A stretch of DNA of 63,967 bases, filler included, from Intoshia linei (taxonomy: Eukaryota > Animalia > Orthonectida): the NCBI GenBank assembly GCA_001642005.1. It is 8 parts of 8 records of this genome, joined end to end, with 100 filler letters (N's around TTAATTAATTAA, not from the genome) between each part and the next. Parts side by side here need not be neighbours in the genome. Positions count along the whole stretch, not along the records: positions 1 to 10,385 come from LWCA01001274.1; positions 10,486 to 37,544 come from LWCA01000448.1; 6 more parts are not named here. The stretch is one strand, 5' to 3'. Of the stretch, positions 1-12,589 are shown piece by piece; position 1 is the stretch's first letter; every line of letters begins with the position of its first letter. The notes beneath the pieces were generated by a model. The model was not told where the DNA came from. It worked only from the letters and a program-made list of their open reading frames with translations, and did not search any database. The position numbers and the translations under genes are program-made.

Positions 1-636
1 AATCTATATAACACACGTTGCACCGTCTTTAAACTAGGCTTTTTTGTAATGCTGAAGTGTATTTTAACCTTTAATATAGTCAACCAAGGGTTTTTCTTTG
101 ATTTCCTTATTATAATAGTCTCTTCTCTGACTGTTAGCATGCGTTTTCGATATCATCTTGGCAAGTAAGCTATGCATAAACCCTTTTTGTATTTTTTAAT
201 AATATTTTGAAACGCACATCAAGAGATACTAAAGGTTTTAATTATAAAACCCTGACTTTTTTCTTCTTCACATTAAGACACGGCATTATATCTATTTTAA
301 CTGAGTCGCGTCATTTACTAAACAAATAGTTATTTTTAATTAATGGATCATTAGTAATTCATTACCTTTTTCGTTTTTATGGATATTTAATTAATTTTAA
401 TTGAAATTATCAAGGTGCCTAAGACTTATATCGTCAATATTTTTAATATCGCATACAAAACCGTATTAAAATGTATCTTTTTATAGGTAGTTTATGATAT
501 CAGCATGGTTATATAATAGTAAGATCATTCTTTAACTAGTGTGATATTTAATTTCAAGTTCAAGATTCGCCTTATTTACTTTATAGTGATTTTTAATAAG
601 AATGTATAGGATGCCTAAGACTTATGTCGCGCACTA
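1..636 (-). mobile_element. Left end of a decayed Tc1-family DNA transposon (IR/DR-type TIR, transposase HTH fragment)
   Basis: Minus-strand terminus (T)AGTGCGCGACATAAGTCTTAGGCA ends at 636 next to TA. An inner direct repeat CGATATAAGTCTTAGGCA lies at ~416-433. The broken reading frame gives KKNPWLTILKVKIHFSITKKPSLKTVQRVL, a Tc1 HTH-like pattern. Confidence 0.7.
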
Positions 637-639
637 TAT

Positions 640-1355
640 ATTAAAATTTAGTTTTTACCAGAAATGCGTAGATTTCTGAAGTAAAATTTGTTATTTATAT
701 CAACTGGAATAAGCGGTATCAGAATAATTTTTTTTTTAATTGCAGGACCGTTAATTATTTTAAATATTATGTTTTACAATTTTTGTTAAAAAAAGTTTCA
801 TAATAAAAAAAAATTAATACTAAAGTGATTTTTGACCGTAAAGGCGTCAGTTTCTTATATTGAACTTTTTTTGTGTGTGTTAAATAAATATAACTGTATC
901 ATTTGTAATTTTTTAAAAATTCTAGGGCTTTTTAATTTTAAAAAAAGTCTAATCTTGCATTTTGATTCTGAAAATGCACTTTTTTGAAATTTCCATTTAT
1001 GATGATGTTGATGAATTGTATATAATTCTAAAACTTTTTTCATTTTTAAAAAAAGTTAATTTGGGGTTTTGGTGAATTTAGAATATATGCTTGATTATTT
1101 TAAAATCCTTATTAGATTGTGTATTTTTTATAATTCTAGCTCGCTCAATTTTTAAACAAAGGATAATTAAGGTTTTTGACATTAAAGGATTCAATTTCTG
1201 AAAATATTATTTGCGATAAAACATGACCCTAGAAAAACTGTAATAGAAATATGGAATTTTTAAAACTTGACTCCTTTTACTTTCTTGCAATAAATTGGAA
1301 CAGACAAATAAATAAACAGGCGTATATTGCAAACAAAGTAAATTACTTTATATAA
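640..1355 (-). mobile_element. Old diverged Helitron-family copy
   Basis: Blocks such as AATGCGTAGATTTC, TATCAACTGGAATAAG and AAAAACTGTAAT.GAAAT are collinear with the element at 12590-13972. Confidence 0.6.
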
Positions 1356-2434
1356 GTAATAAATCCTTAAGGATTTAGTTAAATTAATTAAAAAAGGGGA
1401 AATTGGGTTTTTTAAATTCTAGAACTGTTAATTTTTTAAATAAACGGTTATACACTCACAGACATTTAATTTTACATAAATATAGTATTTACAACACTGT
1501 ATTTACGGATAATGATTAATAAAAAATTTTTATATACAATTTGTAGATTTCGGTTTACACAAAAAGTTGAAAAACCCTATTTTAGGCTGAATACTGACGT
1601 GAGAAGCTAAGAACCATTAAAATTCACGATACAAACAGATAAGGATAACATGTAATGCCTAAACCTTTATACAAACTAATTTACCAAAACGATAAAAATT
1701 GTAATACATAGTCAATCAAAACATTTTACAAAATAAACATTAAAAATAAGACACGTTATACATTGTAACCTTAGATATAAAAATATAAAATTTGCTCGTT
1801 TCTAAATTGAATAGAAAATGATTCATACCCATTCTAAGCAAGGTAAATTTTAACGAATTAATTGCCAAATATAATACTACCATTTTTATATTTTTTATGT
1901 TACTTTTATTCTCAAATTAAAAATAGTTTATTCGATTACATATTGTATTAAAAATGTAAAATTAAAAAGGTAGAGTTTACAAAAGTGTAAAGTTTTAGTT
2001 TGATAAAACTGAAAACAAAAAAGTAATGTATTCATGTATGTATAATATACATTGTATACCAGGCATAGAAAACCACTCCATCATACTATATTGATGAAAA
2101 TAAAATGTGTATTCATGAATAAAGCCTGTATAATATTTTGCATTTCGAAATAAATTTTGCCTTTTTTTTATTTCCCTTCGACGGATTTACATTTTCTACT
2201 TGTGGAATCTATTTCTTTTATGATGTTTTCCTTACTAAATTTAATTTTTTAGGTGTATATTTTTGAAAGTGTGTATTTTTAAACGAAAACACCTTTTGTC
2301 ATCAATGCTTATGACTACGACAATTTTTTTATGTAGTCTATTTTTATAAAAATAATTTGATAAATAGAATAATAGATATGTATCTAATTTTATTATCCAA
2401 TGAGTTTATATAAACTCTTATTCATATTTTATAC

Positions 2435-5400
2435 ATGAATATTTTCATATTTGAGGATAGTTACCAAAAAATATAAACCTTACATTTAGATGCTCTAAAT
2501 GATAGTTTAATAAAATCAACAGTTTTACAAGAGGTATGCATTATGTACTATATATTTAAAAATTATTTTCTCTGTATAATAGAGTACCATGGTTTTACTA
2601 AAGCAAGGTTTCTTATTTTTTTTCTTTGTGGACTTGCGATAATATTTTAAATAATGGTCAATATTTTTTTATATGATTATCATTGTGTGATACAACTTTA
2701 AATATTCTGAATTTGAACTATTCAAAATACGATAAGGTTTATATTTTTCATGGATTAATTTCTATAGGTCAATTTTTTTCGCATTAATCTTTTTCGTGTT
2801 GGGCGCATAATATAGTATAATAGGGGCTTTTTGATGTCTTAAAACTATACTGTAAAAGTTTTTCAGTTTTTCAACTCCTGTTTGTAACAAATATAAAAAG
2901 GGAAATTTATTATATTTTACTTTATTTTTTAGTTGAAGGCGTTCAGTGCTTCTAATCCAAATATTAGAGAGAATCGAAGAATTTTGTCTCGCTTTATGAC
3001 ACTTATTGGTCTGGTAATTTATAATTAAATAAATTACAGTCGAGATGGACATTCTCACATTCTGGGTCGAACTTTTCCTTTTATCAGTTTTGTCGAATTT
3101 TTTTTAAAATTCAGATACCTGCACCATAATCACTGATTATTATTAATCCAGTTGTGAAATCGTAACGTTAACATAAATAGTATTTTACCAATTTTAATGA
3201 AAAATAGATTTTGTAAAAAATCACTATTACTAATAACGCAGGTTGCTGATTTTTACAATAATTGAAAAATATGTTAAACTTGACCCAGTGTTTTGCAACG
3301 AGCATCACTGGGCGTCTTAAATTTTGATGAAAAAATTTTTGTGACTTATTACAATGAAAAAATGTATATTTTGTATAATTTGTTACGAAATTGTTTTTTT
3401 CGAATAAAAATAATGACATTAAATGGAAATTATCAATGTTAGTAATAATTTATTACTAATTCTAACTTATATAATATGCTACGCGATTTTTGTTTGTGTC
3501 TGTCTATGTTACGCTTTATTTACATAACTCCCGTTTTAGAATTTTATAAAGACCACATTTCAATTACAGTTTTTTCCGGGATGTATAATAAGATAAATTT
3601 CAACCTCCCAATTTCACATCTTACGGGCCAAAAACCCCAGTTGTCCCTATTTTTAAAAATCAAACGAGTTTGACAATTTAAAAAAAAATATATACGCTGA
3701 TACGGATTTTAAAATTATAAACATTATCATTTAAATTTAAAAAAATTAAATCTTCAGGGCCAAAACCACAAATTACTTTTCTTTTTTTAATTAAAACAGC
3801 CCTAGAATTTAAAAAATTTTACAGGTGGTACAGTTGTATCCTGTTAACACACACAAAAAAATTTAATCCGAATAAGTGATGACTTCACGGTCAAAAAAGC
3901 ATTTTAGTATTCATATATTTTTTTTCCGGAATATTTTATTAAAAAAAAATGTGAAATAATTAATGATTCGAAAATTAAATAAAAAGATTATTTTGATAGA
4001 GCTTATTCCAGTTGATATAAATACAAAGGTTTAACCCGAGAGATCTACTCATTCCCGATAAAAAATAATTTTTAATAGATTATTAACTAATATTTTTCAT
4101 ATATTTCGATTAACATAAAAATTGAAAATGTAAATATTGATCCTACAATTTTAAAAAAAATGTGCATTTGTAGTCTACACATTTTCATTAAATAAATATG
4201 GGTGAAAATTTATATAATTCATTCCTTCGGAATTTTTTTCATTGCTACGCAATTTTTAAATTTCAAATTTTTATTTTCAAAATATTTTGAATAAAATTTA
4301 AATAAAACTACCACAACGAAACTAAAATAATACAACTTTTTTAATATCATTTTTATATTTAATATAATTTATTGCAAAATTAAAGTATTTGCAAATGTAA
4401 AATTCGCCTAAAATATGTATATAAAGTGAAGATTCGGTTAATTATTGATACATAATTGTTATTTTTAAGTCAACCTAGTGTTGTATAAAATTTTAGGACT
4501 TTTTTAATTTTTCAAAAAAAGGTAATTTGTGGTTTTGGCCGTGAAGATATAAGATCGTGAAATTGAAAATTATTACAATATCGATGAATTTAAAACTTTT
4601 TATTAACCTTGAAGGACTCAATTTCTGAAATTGAAATTTTCGATAAAACATCACTCTCGAATAATTGTAATAGTAATATGGAATTTTTAAAAATGGACTC
4701 CTCTTACTTTCTTAAATAAACTGGAACAACAGACATACTACATACATGTTTACCTAAATTACTTTATATAAATAAGGATAAATTTATGTTGTCAAGTTAA
4801 GACACTTTGAGAGGTCACTAGGGATATATAACTACACATCGTTTTCGAATTTTTTAGGGTCTATTTTCAATTTATGTGACCTTGACCTTGAGCTTGGTAG
4901 GTTCGCTGTAGACATAATCCGTTGTTAAATGATAATTATGCAAGATAATATATTAATCTTCAAAAATTGTTTATATAATTGGTAATTGCGTTTCTCAAGT
5001 AAATTGGTAAAATTGCAAATCTTTACATTTACGATTTTCCACTGACATGTTTAGTTTACAGAGTTTTTAATTTTGAATTATTATATATAGGGAACGCCTT
5101 TGACTACTCGAGAAGCTACCGATGCTTTTTTTGCTATAACGAAACTTTTTCAATGTGATGACGTAATTTAATTGATATTTAGAAAAATTATTTGGTAATT
5201 AGTTTATTCTACGAAAATTGGTTTATGTTGCAATTAAAGAACTCAGCAAAATTGCTAATGATGTTATAATTGTCACTAGCAGGTAATATATTTTATATTT
5301 GTGTAAATTTTTTTACAGTATTACACGAGACATGAATGGTACTGATGATGAAATAAAAGCGAGTGCAATTCGAACTTTGTCTAGAATAATTGATGTAATA

Positions 5401-7601
5401 TTAATTGTAAAACTTAAATTATTATTTTATAGATATCAATGATTCAAAGCGTAGATAGGTATTTGAAACAATCCATAGTGAGTAATGTTCCTCATGTAGC
5501 TAGCGCTGCTTTAGTATCGTCTTTGAATATTGGTGGTAGCGAAATTGCTCGTCGTTGGATAAATGAAGCCCAAGAGGCTATTACAAATAGCGGTAATATG
5601 GTGCCATTCCACGCAATAGGTTTTATGTACGCTGCAAGAAAAAACGATAAGTTGGCTATTCAAAAAATTTTACAAAAATACAAGGGAACTTTACGGTCCC
5701 CCATAGCCTTGTGTTATTTAATCCGAGTGGCGTATAGTACTATACTTCCTAATGAACCTGAAAAGAATCATATAGCAACAAATTTCATAGAATCTTGTCT
5801 GAAAAGTTTTCATGATATGGTATCTTATGAGGCAGCTATGACAATGATCAAGATACCTGGTATAGAAAGAAAACAAATGGCTAGGTCGATTTTGGTGTTT
5901 CAACAATTTTTGAGTTCTAGTCATGTCATTCAAAGATATGCTGTTGTGAGTGCTTTAAACAAAATCGCCGAAACGTCACCAGTTATAGTTGCCGTTTGCA
6001 ACGTAGATTTAGAAAACTTGATTTCTGATAAGAATCGTAGTATAGCCACATTGGCCATCACTACTTTATTGAAAACTGGAACCGAAGCTAGTGTAGATCG
6101 ATTAATGAAGCAAATTATATCATTTCTGAGCGAATTGAGTGATGAGTTTAAGGTTGTTTTGGTCAAATCCATTAGAACGTTATTCACGAAATTCCCCCGT
6201 AAACATAAAATTTTGATGCACCACTTATCATATTTGCTTAGGGAACAAGGAGGCGTATTCTTTAAAAATGCGCTCGTTGAGACTTTAATGTCTCTAGTTT
6301 CATTTGATGGGTCTACCAAAGATATTGCTCTTTCTCATTTATCTGAATTTATTGAAGACTGTGAACATACAAATTTGTTAATTCGAATACTGAGCTTGAT
6401 CGGATGCGAAGGACCAAAATCGAGCGAACCGTATAAGTATATACGATACGTTTATAACCGTATTTTATTAGAAAATTCACCCATTCGCAGAGTTGTCACA
6501 CACGTTTTGGCAAAATTTGGAGCATCATGCGACTATTTGAGAGCATCCGTTATTACCTTACTGGAAAGATGTCTTTTAGACAGAGATGATCAAGTGCGTG
6601 ATAGAGCCACATTGTACGTAAAAATTTTAAAAACCAATGACAAAAATCTTTACGATAAATTCATTTTTATTACAATTCAAAAGAACTTGCCTATTATAGA
6701 ATTGGAATTGTGTAATTATTTGAAATCAGAAACGGAAGAGCCGTACATTATGTCCAATGTATATGAAGAAATTGAACCAGCTCATTCATTGGCTAAGAAA
6801 CCCGCTATTGAAATTTTGCCGTCTAAAGAAAAGAATAACAATTTTTACATGGAGAAATTACTAAAACAGCATTTTATTCTCAAATGTGGTCAATTTTTCA
6901 AAACTTGTAGTCAACTTGAATTGACTGAACCGGAAACTGAATATATTGTTTCTTGTTACAAACACATTTTCGAAAAATGTATCATCTTGGAATTTAGAAT
7001 TTTTAATACTATTGATGTAGATTTGTGCAGTGTTTCAGTCGTAATTTCAAACAATTCAGATGAGTCGATTTGTTCCAACAAGTGTTTAGCTATAGAATCC
7101 AATAAAGACGAGTCTCTGTACATTGTTGTTCCTTTAGTTGACTTTAACTCGACTACAACTGTGACGTTTGATGTCAATTTACAATTTACGCTCGATCCAG
7201 ACTGTGACGGTGAATATGAAGAATATCCTTTGGAAAGTGTATCATTTTCCGTGGAAGATTACATGAAGGGCGGTAATGTTGATGGTGACTTTGAAACTGT
7301 TTGGGAATCTTTGAAATTCGAAGCCTCAGAAACTTTTGATCTCAGTTCGTTAAATAACGTATCAAAAACTATTGAAACGACATTGATATTTTTTCCTATG
7401 AAAGTTGTTGATAATAGTAATGTTATTCAAGATGAAAATTCTAAAAGTCACAATTTAAAATTGCTTGGATTTTTTCATCCTAAAGCCACCGCCGCCATTT
7501 CTGCTCAGTACAATTTTGATGATGATAACATTTCTCTAGAATTGACCGTTAGGTCAGAAAGTGAACACATTTGCCAACTCTTGTGTAATGTCATTTGCTG
7601 A
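2435..7601 (+). CDS. COPG: Coatomer subunit gamma, ~848 aa. Exons 2435-2459 (tentative), 2490-2533, 2933-3013, 5091-5162, 5203-5282, 5319-5394, 5433-7601
   Basis: The spliced translation gives KSTVLQE / LKAFSASNPNIRENRRILSRFMTLIGL / GTPLTTREATDAFFAITKLFQCDD / LRKLVYVAIKELSKIANDVIIVTSS, then the 720-aa ORF with NRSIATLAITTLLKTG, HLSEFIEDCEH and LTEPETEYIV. All introns are GT-AG and frame-consistent. The first exon is uncertain. Confidence 0.96.
3460..4478 (+). mobile_element. Non-autonomous Helitron copy in COPG intron 3, lacking the 3' hairpin
   Basis: 5' end TTCTAACTTATATAATATGCTACG followed by a (GT/TGTC) microsatellite; 3' end GTCAACCTAG|T; collinear with the copies at 12590 and 19357. 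Confidence 0.85.
4480..4778 (-). mobile_element. Diverged Helitron 5' fragment
   Basis: GGTAATTTGTGGTTTTGGCCGTGAAGATAT and TTTATATAAATAAGGAT match the family and the copy at 640-1355. Confidence 0.55.
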
Positions 7602-7836
7602 TATGTTCATAAAATGTTTTTATTATTGATGTAAATATAAATTTAATTTAGTTTTTTTTGTTTTAACAATATATAAAAATCTATAATTCTCAAATAATTA
7701 ATTTATTACACTCCTCTTTATTTTCTGAAGAAAATTAGTTAAATCGTTGTCAATAAGTTGAAAAATGTTCTGTGTCATCTATATACTCACCAAAAAATTA
7801 TGAAGTCGGCCGTTCTATAGATAATTAATTAGATAT

Positions 7837-8000
7837 TAGTTTGACTGTTATGTACTACGTACAAACAGCAGCTAGCTCTGCCGAGGAATGAATTTTAATT
7901 TGATTATAAATAATGGGTATATAATCTTAAAAACAATCCAATTATAATTACCACCAAAAAAATCGTCATAAATAACATGATTTCCAGAAAAAGTAAAATT
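7837..8000 (-). mobile_element. Helitron 3'-end fragment with terminal hairpin
   Basis: TTAGTTTGACTGTTATGTACTACGTACAAACAGCAGCTAGCTCTGCCGA matches the start of 12590-12640. Confidence 0.75.
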
Positions 8001-8643
8001 TTGAATACTTGTATGTACTTCTTTCTTTTATGATGCTTTTGTAGTGATTACTGTTAAAAATTAGTTTACAACCGTTAGGCTATGTATAATGTTTACCAAA
8101 AGGTTGGGAAACGCTAATTACACGAAAAGTATACCGCATTGTTTCTCAACTTTTTTCGCTGAGGACCATATTTTATTCTAAAAATTTCTGTGGACTACGA
8201 TTAATAACGCTTCTCAAATGCCGGATCTCGATAGTATATTTGACCTTACATATATATTTTTACTTTCTGTTAAACTTTAAAAAAACTATTTTTACCACTT
8301 ACATTTCACTATTAGCCTTGGAAAGCGACCTTTCATCGTTATGAAGTAGTAAAGTTTAGAATTTTTATCCTCACAAAGTATAATCAGGATAATTATACAG
8401 TTAATAGCTATAATAAAAAATTTTAATAATAAATTTTGAATAGTATATTGAAGGACGGGTGCACCTTTTCGTTATTTTATTAATTATAACTCGAATTTAT
8501 AATATTAATTTAATATAGTAACGATATATTACATATTATCAGTATTATTATGTAGTTCCAAGAATGTGGTAAAAAGTATAAAATTTTAATGTCCAAAATA
8601 TGTATAAATATATTTTACATTTGAAAAAATTAATTGGAAATGT

Positions 8644-9834
8644 CTAACGAACTATTTTCTTTGGTTGTTCCCATGTAAATTCGTCTCTACCAAAATGACC
8701 ATATACAGATGTTCTTTCATATATAGGGTTTTCCAGCATTAATTCTCTAAATAATTAATAAATATGCATATTTGACATTTCATATATGTTAAATAACAGG
8801 AAAAATTTGACAGTGTATAATGTACATGTCAACAATTCTCAAATGCAGGACAGCCGACCGATAACTGCCCTTTTCAAAATTAAATATTGAACTAAAAAAG
8901 TTATTAGTCATAATTTTTCTTAGAAATTAGATTTTAGTGTTTCTAACGAATTTTTAAAATAAATTATCGATCAAAATTAAAATGTTTGGCATCCTAATTT
9001 TTTTTATATGTTACAAAATTTATTTTATTACGGACCAACACATAAAAACATTTTTTTTATTTATTTTGAAAAATTGTTGGCAAATAACAAACTTTTCATA
9101 ATAATCGTAATGACTAAAGTTTATTTAAGAGATTAATTGAAGTTCCATTGTAATTAAAAATTTTCCTTAAAATTTTGTGATAAAAAATTATTTTTAGCAG
9201 GTGCGATCCTTATTTATTTGAGTGTGATATGTCTGATGTATACATAGAGCAGGGTGCACAACCTTTCCACCAATAAAGCCGCAAAGTTACTTTACTCATT
9301 GATACAACCGCTGCACAAAATTTAGTTTAATATTAAGAGAGTTGAAATCTATTTTGAGAAAGTCAGCAAAGTCAAAAATATAAATTTTTGATAGAAATAT
9401 TTCCCTTGAATTTGAAGTAAAATGATATATTCCATTATGATCACATGGATTGCCCACGGCTGCATGCTACCGTAAGTCCGCAGGTTATGCACCCCTAACA
9501 CAAAGTCTATATAACAGCGTTCTCAATCTTTTTTCAGAAGGGTCACATTTCATCAATATAAAATAAATTAAACCGAAAATTTTTAAAAAAAAACTATTCT
9601 AAATTATTAAAAATATCCGACGGACCACTTAGAATTTCAAAAATGTAAAAAGTTGAAATTCACTGCAATATACTAAGTGTAACTATATTTGTAGCAATAC
9701 TTTGCAATCATTCCGGGTCTCAAATCAAAATTTTTATTGATTATCTCAACGAGTTCATTGTCTGGCACGGATCCAGTTCCATAAGAATCCACAAATATTG
9801 CAAGTGGGTGAACTATTCCGATTGAATATGAAAT
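8644..9834 (-). CDS. MAT2A: S-adenosylmethionine synthase (methionine adenosyltransferase), last two exons 9834-9701 and 8746-8644; 5' part not found before the gap
   Basis: Missed by the ORF track. Translation [45 protein letters not shown] / [33 protein letters not shown] contains the FDLRP and YGHFGR signatures of the MAT C-terminus. Confidence 0.93.
9250..9497. mobile_element. hAT-type MITE in the MAT intron
   Basis: TIRs CAGGGTGCACAACCT and AGGTTATGCACCCCT; flanks ACATAGAG / ACACAAAG resemble a decayed 8-bp TSD. Confidence 0.65.
9515..9665. mobile_element. Short hAT-type MITE
   Basis: CAGCGTTCTCAATCTTTTT at one end and GTTGAAATTCACTG at the other, with an internal GGACCAC motif. Confidence 0.5.
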
Positions 9835-10385
9835 CTAAACACAAATATACATTATGTACTTTAATGTAAATTAAAATTAAATTTATTACAGAACAAAAAT
9901 AACTAAAAATGGAATTTTTGATTCATTAAGACCGGTGAAAGTAAAAAACTGGAAATTTTTATAAAATGGTGGTCTCAGTATTCCAAATTGAGCATTTAAA
10001 AAAAATTTCAAAATCGTAATTAATTGTGAAATTTAAACTGGCAAGTCCATATCCGTCGAGAAATGACTAGGGGTAGATGGCATTATACAATGTATTTGCA
10101 CTATACCATGTATACATTAGGGTGTTACACCCATCTAAGAATCAAGGGAAATTAGCACTAAAAGTGTGTATTTTTAAAATAGAAAAACTAATTCGCAATC
10201 AAAAATATTTAAAGCTATATATTCGAGTTGCGTTTGTCATTTTAAATATCACTATAAATATTATGAAGAAATTAAAACTGAACTTTATTTTAACGGAAAT
10301 CGGCGGTTGAGCTTTTAAACGTGGTACCGTTTTTATAATACTGTTCTCTATGTTTAGTTATACAGTTTATTTTTTTAAATTTGTT

Positions 10386-10485
10386 NNNNNNNNNNNNNNN
10401 NNNNNNNNNNNNNNNNNNNNNNNNNNNNNTTAATTAATTAANNNNNNNNNNNNNNNNNNNNNNNNNNNNNNNNNNNNNNNNNNNN
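10386..10485. other. Assembly linker N-TTAATTAATTAA-N. Also at 37545-37644, 45950-46029, 53899-53998, 56334-56433, 60953-61032 and 62765-62864; plain N gap at 63420-63469
   Basis: An identical 12-mer with stops in all six frames is centred in each N-run. Confidence 0.97.
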
Positions 10486-10577
10486 TTTAACATTATATAA
10501 AAAACATGATTAGTTTTTGTACTATCAAACAAAATGTATCATTCTGTTGGGGGTCCAAGACTTTTGACCGACACTGT
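10486..10577. mobile_element. Terminus of a Tc1-type element
   Basis: GGGGTCCAAGACTTTTGACCGACACTG followed by TA reads as a CAGTG-type TIR with a TA target site. Confidence 0.6.
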
Positions 10578-11107
10578 ATATATATATTTTTGTTTTGTGA
10601 TAATTATCACATTATAATGTTTACTACATTAATACTGTAATGAAATTCTAATTTATATTTGTATTAATATTTTAACCCAGTAATTATTCTACTTGATTGA
10701 TATATCTAATTCATTTTATTGATAATTTGCATTAAACTGTGAAGATAATTAAATTATGCTAAAATTTGGTATCTTATTACAATACATAAAAGTAATAATT
10801 TATTAATAAATAATTGTTTCAATACATGGATGCATTATATCTGCTCTTAAAAAATAACAGAGTTAGATAAATATGCTAGAAAGCATTTGTTCAAAATAGT
10901 TTAAATTACATTTATTTTCAAAATTTAATTAATTATAATTATGATATAAAATTATAATAATAATCATTATTTTTAGTTTCAAATAAATAATAACAGTTTT
11001 TTGTGTAAATTATTGCGCTTAAATCCATTTAAGTGTTTCTCAATCATTTCCATTTGCAACAGTGATTCCTGGTCATTTTAGTAACATTTTAGAAATTTTA
11101 ATAATAC

Positions 11108-11670
11108 CAGGGGTGTCAGATTCTATTTGCTTGGCGGACCAAAGACGAAAAAAAAATATTACGCGGGCCGACAAAAAAATCGTTACTCCAACCATTTATT
11201 ATTATTACATCAGACCAAATTAATACGTAATGTTGGCAACTTTCTTAAATATATCGAAATTTCGATAACCAATGCGATTTCCAAGGGTTATTTTTAATTT
11301 TTAGATAATATATCTATTACGGGACCAAACTCATATAATTTATTTAAATATGAATTTTTATATTATGTTTATTAATACATTTCTTTATCATAATAATTTA
11401 TATTTTTATTCTAGTTTTCATTATACTATATTTTTCAACAACTGCATCAAAATCTACATTTTCGGCAAGTTCTCTTTCGATTAAGTTCGATAATTTAACT
11501 TAAACCGTTGTTTAACTCCGATAACAAATTAATATACATAAAACGTAAACAATGATAGCAAGCATAATTCAATAAAACCAATTTAATTTAATGTTTTTTA
11601 GAATTTTTTTTTTATAATTTTACACAATGTTATACAAATTAAAATAATTTAGGGCAGATTTGACACGCCA
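11108..11670 (+). mobile_element. hAT-type MITE family; other copies at ~20660-20865 (-) and from 51091 (+)
   Basis: Shared left end CAGGGGTGTCAGA.TC.ATTTGCTTGGCGG.CCAAA...ATATTACGCGGGCCG; right end ATTTGACACGCCAG. Confidence 0.7.
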
Positions 11671-12189
11671 GGGGCGGCTACCCGCTTGCATGCCACCTAG
11701 ATCCGCTACTGGTATGGTCATTGCGTTATACTTTTTAATTCTCAAGATTCAATGAATTAGTATTTTCTACAAGTGACTCAATGCTTAAAATATTTTCTAT
11801 TGAAACAGTGACAGGTTTTTGACATCCTCTACTGACTCTACTCAATATTTCAACTAATAAACATTTTGTTGGATACAGCACTATATAATTCATGACAAAA
11901 TCCCCTTCAGAAACTCCATTTATTGATATAATCAATCATGGTTGTACCATGAAACTATTTTCGTATCTAAAAAAATAAAATCAAAAGTTAGTCAAAAAAA
12001 ATTTACTAACATGTAAACTGGAAATATTTATAGATACATACAGTACTACATAAAGAGCCAAATGAGGAACATACACTTTTGATAATAAGTTCCACCTTGG
12101 TAGACATCGAATAAAATAATGTCCCGTCTTATATTTAAATAAAGAATTTAGTACACTACAATAAGTATGTACAATGTACATTGACATGT

Positions 12190-12430
12190 AAAAAGTACTG
12201 AGTTTTCCTGAATTCTGAGTTTAAAAACTCAGTACTTTTCAGAATAAGCTTATTTTTAAAAATTATTAATTTTGCCAACCAGATTGGTTTTTGAATCAAT
12301 ACATAGAAAAAATTGCATTAATTAAATAATTAAATTATCAATACATGCAACTAGTGTATCAATTAAAAGATTATTTTCTGCGGTGGGGTTATTTAAGTCT
12401 ATTCTTAGAACTAGGATTAGGCCAGAATTA
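12190..12430 (+). pseudogene. hAT transposase C-terminal (dimerisation) remnant with palindromic subterminal repeat
   Basis: HATSVSIKRLFSAVGLFKSILRTRIRPEL fits the ATS..ER.FS motif; inverted repeat AAAAGTACTGAGTTTT...AAAACTCAGTACTTTT at 12191-12239. Confidence 0.6.
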
Positions 12431-12589
12431 ATTGAAACTGAATTTTAAAATACCATATAAACTTCATGTCTACAAAAAGTAATGTATAACCAATTTTTTG
12501 TTAATAAAAAATTTAATTATCTACTACTCTAATGATACTACTTTCTTATAATTTCGGATATTATCTTCCTTTTATTATTATATTATTAA

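Noticed and set aside
10386-10485. Recurrent palindrome TTAATTAATTAA as a biological repeat or recombination site
   Set aside because: Always centred in N-runs and encodes stops in six frames, so it is an assembly linker. Adjacency across these gaps should not be trusted.
11735-12187. Possible upstream exons of the MAT gene
   Set aside because: No MAT motifs in any frame I read, and the region lies across an artificial linker.
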